64,000 nt of DNA from Amoebophrya sp. A120. Lineage: Eukaryota > Protista > Dinoflagellata. Numbering within the stretch: the first letter of the stretch is position 1; each line of letters opens with the position of its first letter. The translations under genes and the position numbers were made by a program. The stretch is from assembly GCA_905178155.1 (NCBI GenBank), contig CAJINV010000010.1:2617794-2681793 (forward strand). The letters are read 5' to 3'. Of the stretch, positions 38,358-51,095 are shown piece by piece. The notes under the pieces were generated by a model. The model ran no database searches. It saw only the letters and a program-made list of their open reading frames with translations, and was not told the origin of the DNA.

Positions 38358-38455
38358 GGTTCCTCTCCTGCCCCGGCAGATCAAATACAATCTGAGGACC
38401 AGTTTTTGCTGGGTCCCGAGGGCCAGGCGAGCCCCCCAGCGGGTCCGACGATACT

Positions 38456-38734
38456 TATCCTGAGTAAAAACGTACCCACACCAGAGTCAAGATGGGGATT
38501 TTGCAACACAAACCTAGGAGTTTTGGGACTCACGCATGACAAGTTTCTGTTTGTAAGGTAGTGCAAGTTAGTAAGGGAAGCCGCATCACAAATCGACCTG
38601 CTGATCCTGTTCACAGCATCACAAATTCCAAAACACGATTGGAAATGGGTCTCATCGGGATGCGCATTACAAATGTCTTTGTCATTGCAAATCTGCATTA
38701 CAACTCTGGGGTGGGTACGTTTTTACTCAGGATA
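38456..38734. mobile_element. Introner, family B (co-duplicated copy of 36233)
   Basis: DR ATACT; same flanks as 36233. Confidence 0.92.
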
Positions 38735-38835
38735 ATACTGGAGGGAGATTCATCTTCGGCGTCGTTTTCATCTTCTATATCCGAGTCGGAGAATAGTTTT
38801 TCGTCCTTTCCTCGCAGGAAATCGTCCGGTGGTTT

Positions 38836-39646
38836 TATCACATGAGAAACATCCTCAGCTGCATTTTTCCTCATAGGGCAAAAAAAATAAATTCACGCAT
38901 ATTTGTAGGTCAGAACTCAAGGCGTGCAGCATCGCCCAAGCGGAAAGCAATTCACGGCAAGTTCGGAAATTATGCACCTGCTGTTTATTTGTGAGTGATG
39001 GGATTGCTTTGAAAAAGAGGACTCATCGCGACGGTATGGCGCTGAAAAGCATGGCCAAGAAGTGCCTCAGTTGGCCAAAATTGTGACTGGGACCGTCGAG
39101 GCTGTAATGCGGAGAAGGCAAAAAAGATGCTTTTTTTGCAAAAAAAAGCTGTTTTTTTGATCAAAATCCTTGGGATTTTGACGTCCGAAACCTTGCTATG
39201 AGTACTCATTTTTTTTTGCTATGAGTACAAATAACTTCCCCGACGGAGTTCTGGATCAGAACTCTCTCACAAAGCAGCTCATTTTGATGCTATAGGTCAT
39301 AGCTTTTCCTAGGGTCAGGAAGGAGAGTGAGTACAAATACGGTAGCAGTGGGAGAGGCTTTTTTTGCATTCAATTCCCGATGCTATGGTGGCCCCACAGG
39401 GTCACTTTTTTGCTCAAACGCGACGGCGTGCTGTTTTTCTTTTTGCACTGCCGCCGTGATTGGCTTCAATTGGTCTGCTTTTCGTATCCCAAACACCATC
39501 GCAATGCAGCCTGATAGATGGAGGCTGTACCCTATCCCGGAGAACCTGCTGAAAGAAGGGTGGGCCCGGTTCTGATACATAAAAACCTGCGCAATTTTTT
39601 TGGCGCTATGAGGAAAAATACGGCTGAGGACTTTTCTAGTTTGATA
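38836..39646. mobile_element. Longer (811 bp) non-autonomous TIR element
   Basis: Imperfect TIR TATCA...AGAAA..TCCTCAGC...ATTTTTCCTCATAG.GC.AAAAAA; no clean DR; interrupts the repeat unit at the same spot as 37736. Confidence 0.75.
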
Positions 39647-40201
39647 GCCTCTGCCCCGGCAGATGAACTACCACCAGGCGAGAATAGTTTTCCTCGCAGG
39701 AAATCGTCCGGTGGTTTTATCTCTGCCCCGGCAGATGAACTACTACCAGGCGAGAATCATACCAAGAATCGCAGGAGCAGGGAGAATAACTCCTCTAATC
39801 ATATTGAATCTGCACGAGCACCTCCTGGAGAAGATAGCGATGTTGGCAATCACGACGTGGTGGCCCAAAAACAGGAAAAGTCCTCCCGCCCGGACGAGAC
39901 CGCGCATGGAGATATTAGTAGAAGAAGGAGCAGCAATAACAGAATACATAGTAGTCGTATTTCTTCATCTTCTCGTCCGGAGCAGGAGCATGTTCATGCT
40001 ACAACAGAACCAGCGCGTTCAGATGAAAGACCACAAGAGGAGCCTGCTTCTTCGGGTAGTAGTTCCGATGTAGAAAGTTCTACATCTACTTCAAGCGAGA
40101 ATGAAATACGAGCCAATAGTAAAAATACCTCCGAGTCCGAGTCCGAAGAGGATGACGAAGAAGATCCGAAAGACAACACCTTCCTACTCAGACGACGGTA
40201 G
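39647..40201 (+). pseudogene. Duplicated terminal exon of paralog 3 (diverged copy)
   Basis: Translation parallels 36610-37096 (SAPADELLPGEN...DNTFLLRRR) but the upstream exons are missing. Confidence 0.6.
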
Positions 40202-42030
40202 GAGTAGAGAAATTCTTCGTGATCTGATACTAGGTAATTATTTTTCGGATTTATACACATGCGAGGTGATGGATCCAATTCCAATTCCTTGTAGTACATG
40301 CATCTTTACCTTTTAGACATAATTTTATCCTCAGAAGAATACTAATACTTTGAAGTTTTTCTTTTTTGGATCGCTACATATGAAAATTTTGTAGCTTATT
40401 CGATCTTCTTACGCGACCTCTTCGGTTGAGAAGCAAACCGAAGGTGTTCGTATTATTATTCATCTGAGCAGTAAGAACCCACATAATTTTAGAAATATTT
40501 CACCCATTATCCGACCCCAGTTATTAGTTCTAAAACGCAAGCCCCTATAATTTTTCCTATCGAGATAAAATCCAGGTTCATCGAGAAGTCACGCGTCTTT
40601 CTTTGCACAAGTACGTACTTGCTAAAGACTGATGAGTGACACTTTGAACATATGGATTTTTTTGTGTCGCAGTGATGAAGAAAACGGACCCGCTTGATGT
40701 CTTCGCGTTAGAATCTTCGACTTGATGTACTTACTATCAGTGGCTGTTTCGTGATTTTTGTTTTTTACGATAATGGTCGTTTCTGTCTACTGGTCGTTTA
40801 TGATTCCCGTGCGATTTTTTTGAAAGTGGGACCAACATCTTCAGACTGCCGACTCTGAGGTGGACCGACCCCCAGTTGTGTTTTTATTTTTTTTTAGGAA
40901 CCGAGCAGGAACAGGAAGGCAGACCGAGTCGCACAGTGTTATGCTAATGTAAGCAATCCTAAAAATCTGTGCTGTGGTGTCTTTTTCCTTTTCTCCAGAA
41001 CTACATGAAACGCAATCGGACCCAACATTTTTGACATCCCCTTTTTTTTTGCTGAATTTGAATTCCATTCCAATTGCTGTACAATTTAGATTTTCACGCT
41101 TTCGATTCGTATCTGCTTTATCAATTACCGCCTGCCTCTCGCATCCAACTTGCTTTCTGCGTTGTCAAGCGGGGGGGGCAACTTCTTCCCGGGCGTCGTG
41201 ATCGTGTTCGTCACCCGTGAAGGAACGCAGTCACAAAGGTCTCATCGTGCTCCTTTTGGTTTCACCGGCCAAAAATTTTTCACCGAATGAATAAAGATGA
41301 AGAAGCATTTTCTTCGTGTCGTGGTTCTCACTAAGCCCGGCGTAGTTCTTCTTCTTGCACAAGACACACAGTTGTAACAGTTGCAATGCAATAAATTTCG
41401 TCATGCGCAGCTGTTGAGGCGATAAATGAAGTGATTTATTTTCGCGTCGTTTGTCCTCGTGGCTTTGGTTTATTTTCGTCCGGTTGATGATCGTTCAAGG
41501 TTCAAAGAGCTCCTTGTTTCTCTCATCGTGCGTCCTTTTCTTCGTGTAAATCCTCCCTTGTGCAGGCTAACAAAGTGAATTTTTCAACTATCGTGTCGTT
41601 CTCACTGAACAAAAGCAACCACTAAGTGCATCGTCATGCCTACTTTGGACACTTCTATTCCAGACACTATCAGTAAAGGCACAGGCTTTGATTATCTGAC
41701 GAAGTCGTTGCCCCGTGAAAAATTCAATTCGAGGAAGGTGTAGTTGTATTAGGAGCCCCTTCTTCGTCTGCACGGGAAACTGCACGTAAAGAAAAACGCA
41801 GCTGATGGCTAAATTACTCCCCTGTATTTGTACCACTACAAAAACCGCCTCTTCGAGTAAGTACTTGATAGTTATTTCTCAGGTACAACTAGTGCTTCGT
41901 AGTTGTCTTCTAGTATGAGTAAGAAGATGAAAAATAATTCAGACCCAGACGGGGGCCGTAGAGATATTGAAAAAGTCAAACCACCTAAGTAGCGGAACAC
42001 GCTTAAAAACAAACAAAGCACTCGACGAAA

Positions 42031-45000
42031 ATGGGCAACGACAATTCCACGCCGGAGCAGACGGAGGAGGCGACAACCCAGGCGCCCCCCACGGATCCGT
42101 GGGGGATTTTGAAGTCGAAGCTGTGCCTGAACCTAGCGGACATTCAGTTCGTGCACACGCCGCTATCCAAGGCCCACAGCCCGGACGTGCCGCCCTTCTT
42201 CAAGATTTTGAAGTGTACCTGCCCCTACCTGGCGCTGCAGCCGCCGGCGACGTGGCGACCCCGCCAGTCCGGCTTCGATCCGGAGCCCACGGTATCAATT
42301 GCATAAATTATGTCATTTGGGTTTGGAAGTTGTAGAGTGGAACTTGTGATGCTGACTTTGGATCCTTCTACGAAAAATTGTGTTGCGTCAGCACAAAGAG
42401 AAGTAGTAGTCCAGTTTTTGCTACAAAAAGAGTTTTTTTTTTCTGATGCGGTATGGGCATCAGGTTCAGGATCAGGAAGTGATAACAAAATCTGTGATGC
42501 TAGTCATCACAGACATCATGGGTCAACATGCAAGACATGCATGACAAGTCTTGCAATCATCTTCCAGACTTCGGACCACCCAGATGACAACATATTTGCC
42601 GTTGATACGCGGATTGTCTGCGCGTGTGCGCCGAGAAGTTTTGCACGCAGTACGGCGCCGGCAACATGTGTACGAAGTGGGAGGAGTGCACCGGCTTCTT
42701 CGACACCGGCAAGATGTGCCAGTTTTACGCCCAAAAACTTCCGACCACGTTGGAGGAGAACGAATCCATATCAATTGCAAATATATCTGGGTCTGGAAAT
42801 AACTTGTGATGCTAATACATGCATCACAAACTGACTCCAATACGCAGCCACGCATGAGAAAAAAATTCTGAGCGGTTACTTATGCAGTGCGTAACCCGCA
42901 TGAGAATTCGCGTTTTGCCTGACAGAGGGTTGGCGTTATAATTCCACGACATGCATTACAGAGTTCACGTTCAGGGGCATGCGGATTCAGCAATACACGA
43001 CATCTCGCAATCTCCCAGACCGAGACACATTTGCAATGCATAAGCCAACGCGAAGAGCAACTTTGACGCCATGCAGGAGCTGTCGCAACAACAACTACAG
43101 ACCTCCCAATATGGAGTTCTCACACGTTACATTCTCAACTGTTACATGAATTTGTAATGCAAGACTGGCAAAAGTGAAAGCAAAGGAGGACGATTGCGCC
43201 TTTTGCATTACAAGTTTGGCGCAGATTTAGATGCTGTTTAGCTCTTCCGAAATTTGTCATGCGAAGCAGCTCGATCATCTGCCGGCTGCAGGCACTTTTG
43301 CATGACAAATTCATGTAACAGTTGAGAATGTAACGTTTGAGAACGCCATACCCAACAGGTCGCCAGAGCAGGGACGAGCTCCGACGGGGGAGCGGTTGGC
43401 GAGAACGACGCCAGCGCCTATCAAGTGGTATGCAATACAAATACGTCTGGGTCGTGGAAAGGTGGAACTTGTAATGTGCATTTCACAGCACACCAAAATC
43501 TCTCATGCATAGACAGCAACCGCTGCCCATTTTTGTCATCCGAAAAATAGGCGATTTGTCATGCGAATTAGGCATCGGTGCTCCTCCACCTCAAAATCTG
43601 TAATGCTATGCCCCGCATGCCAGACCTGCTGGGTCATGGAAAAACAGCATGACAAAAATCTGCATCCTACTTCCAGACCTAGACATATTTGCAATGCATA
43701 AGTGGACGAGGAGGTGAATTATAGTAATAGTAAAGCCGCCTATAATTATCCGATGGGCACTAACATATTACAGTGAAAAGTGCCCCCCACCCCTAAATTG
43801 CAAAAATTTGTGATGCGAAGTTTCCAAATGAAAACTTTTTGTCATGCATGAAAGGAGTATGAATCTTTCTGATGCAGAGTGTAGGCGTGTATCGCATCAC
43901 TTGCATGACAAGCGCCGCTCTTGCTTGGGTCTTTTGCAATACAAAACTTTGCTACTCACGAGTGAAAATCTGTGATGCTGATAGATGCAAGACGGCGAAT
44001 GTTTCATTTGGAAAGGTTTGCAATACAAATGCTCCCAAGTTCGGGGGTGGGGGCATTTTTCATTGTAATATATCATGCGTCGTGTTCTTCAACAATGGGC
44101 ACAAAAAAAAACAACTACGATATCCTGAGTAAAAACGTACCCACACCAGAGTCAGGATGGGGATTTTGCAACACAAACTTAGGAGTTTTGTGAGTCACGC
44201 ATGACAAGTTGCACTCTGGAGTGTAGTGCAGGTTAGCAAGTGCAGCCGCGTCACAGATTCATCTGCTCATCCTGTTCACAGCATCACAAATTCCAAAACA
44301 CGTTTGGAAATGGCTCTCATGTGGATGCGCATTACAAGTCTTCCTGTCTTTGCAAATCTGCATTACAACTCTGGTGTGGGTACGTTTTTACTCAGGATAT
44401 ACGAGCAGCAGCAGTAGTCTCGAAAACAAGGGCACCAGCACGACCGGTGGATCATATCCACTCTTCGTCGGACCAGAAGAAAAAAAGGCAGAAGCAGAAG
44501 AAGATGAGCCTAACCTTGAAGACACCCCTCTTCCTGATGCCGAGGACGACCTCGAGGACGCTCCTGGTTCTTGGAACAACAGCACGTTTTTCCTACTCGA
44601 CGGCTACGTGTACGACGACGAGACACGGCGGAATCTTAAACCGCCCGCACTGGAGATTTTTAACGAGCACGGGACTACTTCTGCAGCGAAAGTAGGAGCG
44701 AGTATGAAAAGAACTACTGCAGTTCCTCTTTCCTCATCAACATCTCATTCGAAAAGAGATGTACGCGGTCACTTAGACAACTATCACGCTTCCTCCGGGA
44801 GGACGGCGACCTCCGGACCAATAACTTCAAAGTCGCTGGGCAGCCGCGAAAGTAGGGGAACAAACAGAGGCGAACATCAAGCACTTACTGGAAGTTTCTT
44901 GCAGCTGGTGGAAAAAGAAGAACTACTAGTACGAGAAGCAGCTGCACTTCTAGAAAGAACTACCGGCAAGAAGATGAATATTAAACGGGCAGCGGTCGCC

Positions 45001-46648
45001 GGCAACAGCAACGCGTTGTACGAGGGTCTGTCGCAGGAGGAGAAAGACATTTGGCTCAGCTTTCCCTACTGCGAGCACGGGGCGGACCTGGAAAGGGTGT
45101 ATATTCGAAACCCGGCCTACGTTCCCCCGGGCGCCGGTGGGGAAAATAAAGCGGAAGCTACCGACGGGGAGAGTGGGGATGAGGGCGTCGGGGGAGAAGG
45201 GGAAGAACTACCGGAGAACAAGGATAATCCGGGTGGAACTCCACCCGACGCGCAAAATTCGACGTGGACCGCGGAGGCGATTTCTTCTAAGGAGGACGAC
45301 CAGCTTTATCCACGGAAAGCATTTTGTTTCTTGACCTTGCTCAAGATGAACTTCTGGAAGGTCGTCCACCTTAACATCTCGTGCATTTATTTTGCAAATC
45401 ATTTTTTTTTAGCACAATTCCTACGAGGAGGATGCGCAGGCGCAGGTCGCACAAGTGAGAACTTTCACGTAGAAGTTTGATATGCATTGTCTTGTAGCAC
45501 TAGCCTTACGTGTTAAGTACGTATGCGATTGTCTCTGTCGTCATGTTCTTGTGTTGCTGCCACTTATACAACTTCTACAGACAGACAGTCTGTGCTCAGT
45601 CCTGTTCAGATGCTATGGCGTCGCAACCTTCCAGAGCCAGATCGATTTTTCCCATGTATACACTTCCTTCTTCGAATAGTAGCAAGACGACTACCACCAC
45701 CACCACGACCACCACCACGAGCAGCGCTCTCTTGCTCGAGGAATACCCTGCGCCGGCGCTTGAGGGAGGAGACGGGCAAAATAATAAGACGAACAGCACC
45801 CCCGGGGAACAGGAAGACGGCGGTATTCTGGACCAGTGTGGCACACTGCCCATTCCCGGCTACGGCGAGACGCGACTGTTTCCCTTTCTCCTCATCTGCG
45901 TGGGTGCGGTATTGGTACTTGCGGGGCTGGGCGTGGCGGTTTGCATAAACTTCGTGTGCGCTGCCGAAGTAGAGGAGGAGGTGGACCAAGTGTGGCATCT
46001 CCCTCCAGAGGGGCACGGCTCTTCGATTTTATCCTGTGTGAAAGCTATGTGTCAACAACGCTGGTCCTCCCACTTTTGCTCTATTCGTACGACTACTTCA
46101 AGTATAGAGTTTGATGATGCATGGCATGTAGTGTTGAGAGCGCGTAAGAGTGATTTTATGACGCTGGTTCCCGGCGTTCTCCCACTCGTGGGAAGACTAG
46201 ACAGCATGCGCATGCTTTTTACACAGGATAGTCCTCCAAGAACGCTTCTTACAATCCCTACGGGTCCAAGACTGGCGCCGGTGCGACCAATTTTAACAAC
46301 CGGTCTCAGAACAACTACGCGTTGCAAAGTGATCAAGTAATGGGGGGGCACGCAGCTCCCGCACACGGGGGACCGCAGCGGCACCACCCGCCCGGCCACC
46401 CAGAAACAGCGCACAAGCTGAGTCCTTCCCACGCCCACCCGCACGCCAAGCGGGCCACGGCACACCACGGCAGGTCCACGTCTGCCCGGGCCACCGGGGC
46501 TACCCGGCAGGACACAGCGAACACCTTCGCCACACTTTCGTGGAAGGCTACGCCGGGCGGAGCTAGTACTGGAAAGGAAGGTAGCGCACCGGAGGGGAAA
46601 GGCACGGGGAAGCACGGAAAGAGAAAACACAAGGGTCTATTAAACTGA
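42031..46648 (+). CDS. Cys-containing type I membrane protein (PAN/apple-like), paralog 4
   Basis: Frame continuous across six introners from 42293 to 44399: DCLRVCAEKFC..ECTGFFDTGKMCQFY. Thr run at about 45690, TM LFPFLLICVGAVLVLAGLGVAVCINFVC, His/Gly-rich tail. Confidence 0.7.
42293..42607. mobile_element. Introner, diverged family A
   Basis: DR CACGG/CGCGG; frame restored. Confidence 0.8.
42769..43042. mobile_element. Introner, family A
   Basis: DR ATCCA/AGCCA; frame restored. Confidence 0.82.
43110..43350. mobile_element. Introner, family F
   Basis: About 40-bp TIR; DR CCCAA. Confidence 0.9.
43429..43700. mobile_element. Introner, family A
   Basis: DR AGTGG; frame restored. Confidence 0.88.
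43766..44070. mobile_element. Introner, family D (TATTACA.TGAAAA.TGCCCCC TIR)
   Basis: DR TAACA/TATCA; frame restored. Confidence 0.85.
44121..44399. mobile_element. Introner, family B
   Basis: Perfect TIR; DR TACGA. Confidence 0.92.
46030..46230. mobile_element. Degenerate family B introner
   Basis: TATCCTGTGTGAAAG / CTTTTTACACAGGATA; removal plus 5 bp restores frame into ORF 46322. Confidence 0.7.
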
Positions 46649-48027
46649 AAAGTGCAACTACCCCGCATTGAGACGAAGAAGCGCACTGCAAATCAGCACG
46701 GAGCACACGGAAAGAAGGTTTTTGTCTTGATGCATGCCATAGATAAAGGGTGAAAAACGACGATCGGTCCGAATTTGGATGACTGTGAATCAGCAAGCAA
46801 CCTCCTGTGCAGCTTCAATGAAGCACAAACAGCTTCTGTACGGTGTCTGTGTGCAGTAAGCTGCAATACAGAAGGTTTTCGTGACTTGTTTTGCGTTGGA
46901 ACTTAGTTGTTCGTGTCGCGGATTTTTATACATGAGAAATGCTTTCTCACTCGGGGGCGGGGGCGCTTTTCAATATGATAGGACGGCGCAGCAGCTGCGG
47001 GGACGCATCATCACCACCATCGTGCAGGAGGGGGGTCCAAAAAGGCTTCAACCGTGTCACAATGACCAAGATATAGATGTCTTTTTTTGCGGAACTCGCA
47101 ATCATGCCAGTGTTTCGTTTAGTAAGTAATTTATCCAATCATACAGATAAACTGCAGCAGCTTTGTTGTCAAACACAAGCGAAGTTGATGTAGTTTATCT
47201 CTCCTTGTTACGCACTTGTGGCCTCAACCCTTTTCTGTTTTGGAGGTGGGAAGCATGCGAGAACAAATATCAAAAAATCTATATTTGATTTGCCGTGAGT
47301 AAAACGAAGCATGCAATCACGAGAGACTTCTAGCGGCGCGCTGTTCCTGTTGTCAGGGGAGCGGCGTAGGAGCTGTAAATCAATTACGGATTAGAAGTGG
47401 CCGTGTTGAATATAGTGTTCGAAGCGAGGGTCATCAGCAACGTCTCCGCGAAAATGTTGCAATCTCGTCATCGCACGAAGAAACAAGCGAAGGGTTACGC
47501 TCACTGCCTTCACGTCGTCACGAATAGAGTTTTCTTGCAGGTCTGCTCTGAGGGTTTCACTCTCACCTGTCCCTTCACCCTTTGGTCTGAGGTCCTCGTC
47601 GGTTGCACGCAACCTTCTGAAGGATCAAAAACAACCAGAAAAGATCATGTCCACAATCTAAGGCTCAGTTTTTTCCGATCATCTGTGCTTTTTGCGTGCC
47701 ATGTTGATGGCGCTGGTGTTGCAGTCTCATGCCAGGCTGCGACCATGGAAAAAGATCCGCAACAGAAGTCGCTTTTTAGAACTACAACTACTGTTGTGCG
47801 CGAGCTATTCGTAAAAATTTTCGTATGGAAGTTTCATACAGATTGAAATAAAAGACGGTCGGAGAAAATGCTTGGCATTCCTAGTAGGTGTCGAGTTGTC
47901 CCCCCTGCCTCCGCCACATGGAGGCATTTTCAGCAAAATGGTCGATACAGTAAATCTTTGCAGCTTTGAACATATTTTCCGTCCCTCATACGGAGCATTT
48001 AAAGTGATCCAATAGCAGGAGAAATCC

Positions 48028-48535
48028 GCTCGATTATAGGGCTCAGTATTTCCCGTTTTTCTGGGTTCTGAGTTCTCGTTACGAGCAATAGAAATTTGTC
48101 AGGCCGGCTGTGTTGATGCCGCCGCGCATGACAAACATCGCGCCATACTGAGGCCTAATTACCCTTGGTCGCAATAGAAGCCTCTCCCTTCTACTGTGTT
48201 AGACCCGCGGTGACAATGTTCTTTTGGATAGATATTGCTATTTCGACTAAAGGCTTTGACACTATCACTAGTACATTGGAAAAATAATAATGCGCAGCAC
48301 ATCCGTGCAGCGTGGCCAGGGCATATCATGCTTCCTGAAATCCTTTCTGTGTCCGGCACTTAACAGCTCGATTATAGGGCTCATTACATCCCTTTTTCTC
48401 TGGGTTCTGAGTTCTCGTTACGAGCAATAGAAATTTGCCAGGCCGGCTGTGCCACGAGCTGCGTCATGCAGTCTTGGTGCCGCTGCGCATGACAAACGTC
48501 GCGTGCTGCTTAGGGCTAATTACCCTAGGTCGCAG
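48028..48535. repeat. Diverged direct repeat of about 150-170 bp
   Basis: GCTCGATTATAGGGCTCA...CTGGGTTCTGAGTTCTCGTTACGAGCAATAGAAATTTG.CAGGCCGGCTGTG at about 48028 and 48367. Confidence 0.8.
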
Positions 48536-49593
48536 GAGAAGAGATTCAAAGCCTCCTGTGTTGGTCCCGTGACGACAATAAAAAAGTAGTTTTCATCCCA
48601 TGTGCACTTTTTACTTTCCAAATGATATCAGCTCGTTTAATATTTCTGCGAGCTCAAGCAGGCGAGCGCTGATCGACGTACAAGGACTGTTCAGACTCTG
48701 ATGCGCAGGAGGAGCTGCGGGTGAGAACAGGAGGCTTCTGCGTGTCGCTGCTTGGTTGATCGACGTTTCTGTTCAGGGCCGGCAGAGCGAAGAGTATGGG
48801 GAACCAGTCGCATTTTTTGAAAATAAGGTGAGAGACAGCTACTACAAGAATCGAGCCCGTGACCATCTTCCAGGAGCCTGCGACGTTGTGTCAACATCTG
48901 GGAGGGAGATCAGTACGGGCGTCTGCTCCTGCTGCCTGGAGGGAGCTACATACTTACTCCACTGGTACTCCGCCCAATGAGTTGTAAGTACACGAGAATG
49001 GTGTGGTCCAAGTACTGCGCTTGGAGAGTAGCTGCTTTTCACAGTGTTGTGTTGTTCGTGTCGGTCACTGCTGGTGAGAGTGAGAGGTGACTGTTCGAAG
49101 GAGACGACTGTAAAGTGGGTCGTTTGATCTTCTCTGTAGGAGGTGTAGTTCACAGAAGTTGAGGCCCCACGACTACGGGCAGTGCCGCTCGCTGGGCCCT
49201 GGATGACCTCCGCAGCTTTGAAGGCTTTCCCGTGCATTCCCCGGACCACCGTTCGCTGAGCAGGACGTTTTTCCGCATTTTTCAACTACCCCCGGCGGGC
49301 ACAGCAACGAACGACGGCGAAACTTACCGCCTTCTCCACCGCGCGTGAAAATCTCCCTCCTGCTTGCGCAGCGCGACATCGTCACTTTTCGAAGTCTTAC
49401 CGCTTCTCCTCAGCGACAAAGTTAGAGGTCGCACAGGAAAGCACGGTCGCGACCGCTCGGTTTCTGGCTACTTTGCTTCGGCTCAAGTGACGGCGAGTCT
49501 TTGAAAACGGTTCTCGAGAGAAAAAAGTTTCACCAGCCCCTGCTACTACTTGTGCAGCAACGTAGTTACGACCTGCGGAAAACGATCTGTACG

Positions 49594-50358
49594 ATGGGTT
49601 GCGGTTCTTCGAAAGGCCAGAACGTCGCCCCGGAGCTGACCATGACTCAGGTAGAGGCCTTCGAGCAAGTGTCTTCCGACGACAGCTTCACGCACATTGC
49701 GGATCCCAATAGCGGTGGTGGTGGGGGTAACAAGAGCAGTGCGAGAGCACACCAGCAAGGTCCTGCGTCGTCGTCGATCGAGAGGATACAGAAGAACATC
49801 AAGTCATCTTCAACTACGGGCAGAACAAAATTATGAACTTGTAAATTAAACAAGCATCGCACCAGAAGTACGAGTAAGAATTGAATCGATTCTTCCGTGT
49901 GAAAACGAGCAGAAATGGAAGAAAAGCTGTCATGCAGAAAATGTTTCAAGTGACGTCAAGTGGTGCGATCCAATCCTTTTTCCACAGGATACGAAAGCGG
50001 TAGCAAGACTAATGCGAATTCCACGCTCGACCCGGTTGATTCGGAGCACTCCTCAGACCAGCTTTACCAGCAGGAGAAGCGATACGGAATCGGGGCCGGG
50101 AACAATGAGGAAGAGGTCATAGACGTGGTCTACAGTACGGAAGAGGAGGTGCAAGACGTGTCGGAGGGACGGCATCACCGGGAACTGCTGGGAGGAGGTG
50201 CAGCTGGGTTATCATCAACATCCTCATCTTCGGCAGGAAGTAGAGTTGGTAGTGGTACTAGTACTTCATCGTTGAAGATCGGCGGAGGAAAGAAGATCAA
50301 ATCCAATATTGTGTTTTCAGACACGAAGAAAACCGCCGGAAATTTGATGTTGCAATAG
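49594..50358 (+). CDS. Hypothetical protein with N-terminal myristoylation/palmitoylation motif (MGCGSSK)
   Basis: MGCGSSKGQN start; two low-complexity coding blocks at about 49594-49830 and 49988-50358. Intron limits uncertain. Confidence 0.5.
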
Positions 50359-51095
50359 CGAAGGTTGAAGTGGTTGTGCGATAATGAATGTACTGCTGCC
50401 TTATACCGGTGGTGCATTTTTCAACTTCACGTTCATGAGGACGTCGACGTGCAGCAGCACTAGTATAGCTTCAATCGCAGATAGAGATAGGCGCTGTTGT
50501 GTAATATGACCGCACAAGGAAAGAACGGTGCGGAACTGCGGCTCGCATGATGAAAAAAAAGTGGTTTCCACCTTCGTGTTCGAGAGGGTTTTTCTGTCAC
50601 TTTCGTGAAACGAGCATCCACAACTGGGGCAAGGTTGCAAATCATCCACAAGTCGGTCTATCGAGGTCGTTATTCTTGCTCTACCGTTTTCTGTAAGTAT
50701 AACTGGTGGAAAAACAAAAAGTAAGCTAGTCTGTTGAACTGGTGAAGATGAATTGAGGAATCCTAATGTGAGCTGACACCATCGCATCCCGGATCTGCAT
50801 CTGCTTCTTTTCGAGAAAAACTTTCTTCACAGCAGCCTGGATAGGATCTGCATTCTCGCTTTCGGCTGGAATCAATGTGCCAGAAATTATGATCGTGGTT
50901 GAGCAAGTAGGGGTCTGGTGATTCAGAAAGTATAAGGAGGTTACCTTAACACTTAAGTACTTGCTTCTGTGAGAGAAGATGTTTTTATGCCAGAGCAGAG
51001 TGTGTGGCCCAATCTCAATGTAAGTACCTTTCTATTCGAAAAGATAGTCAGTTCTTCTATTACCCCTCTCCTCCCCCAGTAACACGCAAAGAAAA

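Larger units (their letters stand above)
36172..40408 (+). repeat. Tandem triplication of the last exon / 3-prime region of paralog 3
   Basis: Unit start GGACCAGTTTTTGCTGGGTCCCGAGGG at about 36172, 37296 and 38396. The tail ..EDPKDNTFLLRRR plus downstream sequence occurs at 37061-37294 and 40166-40408. Confidence 0.9.
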
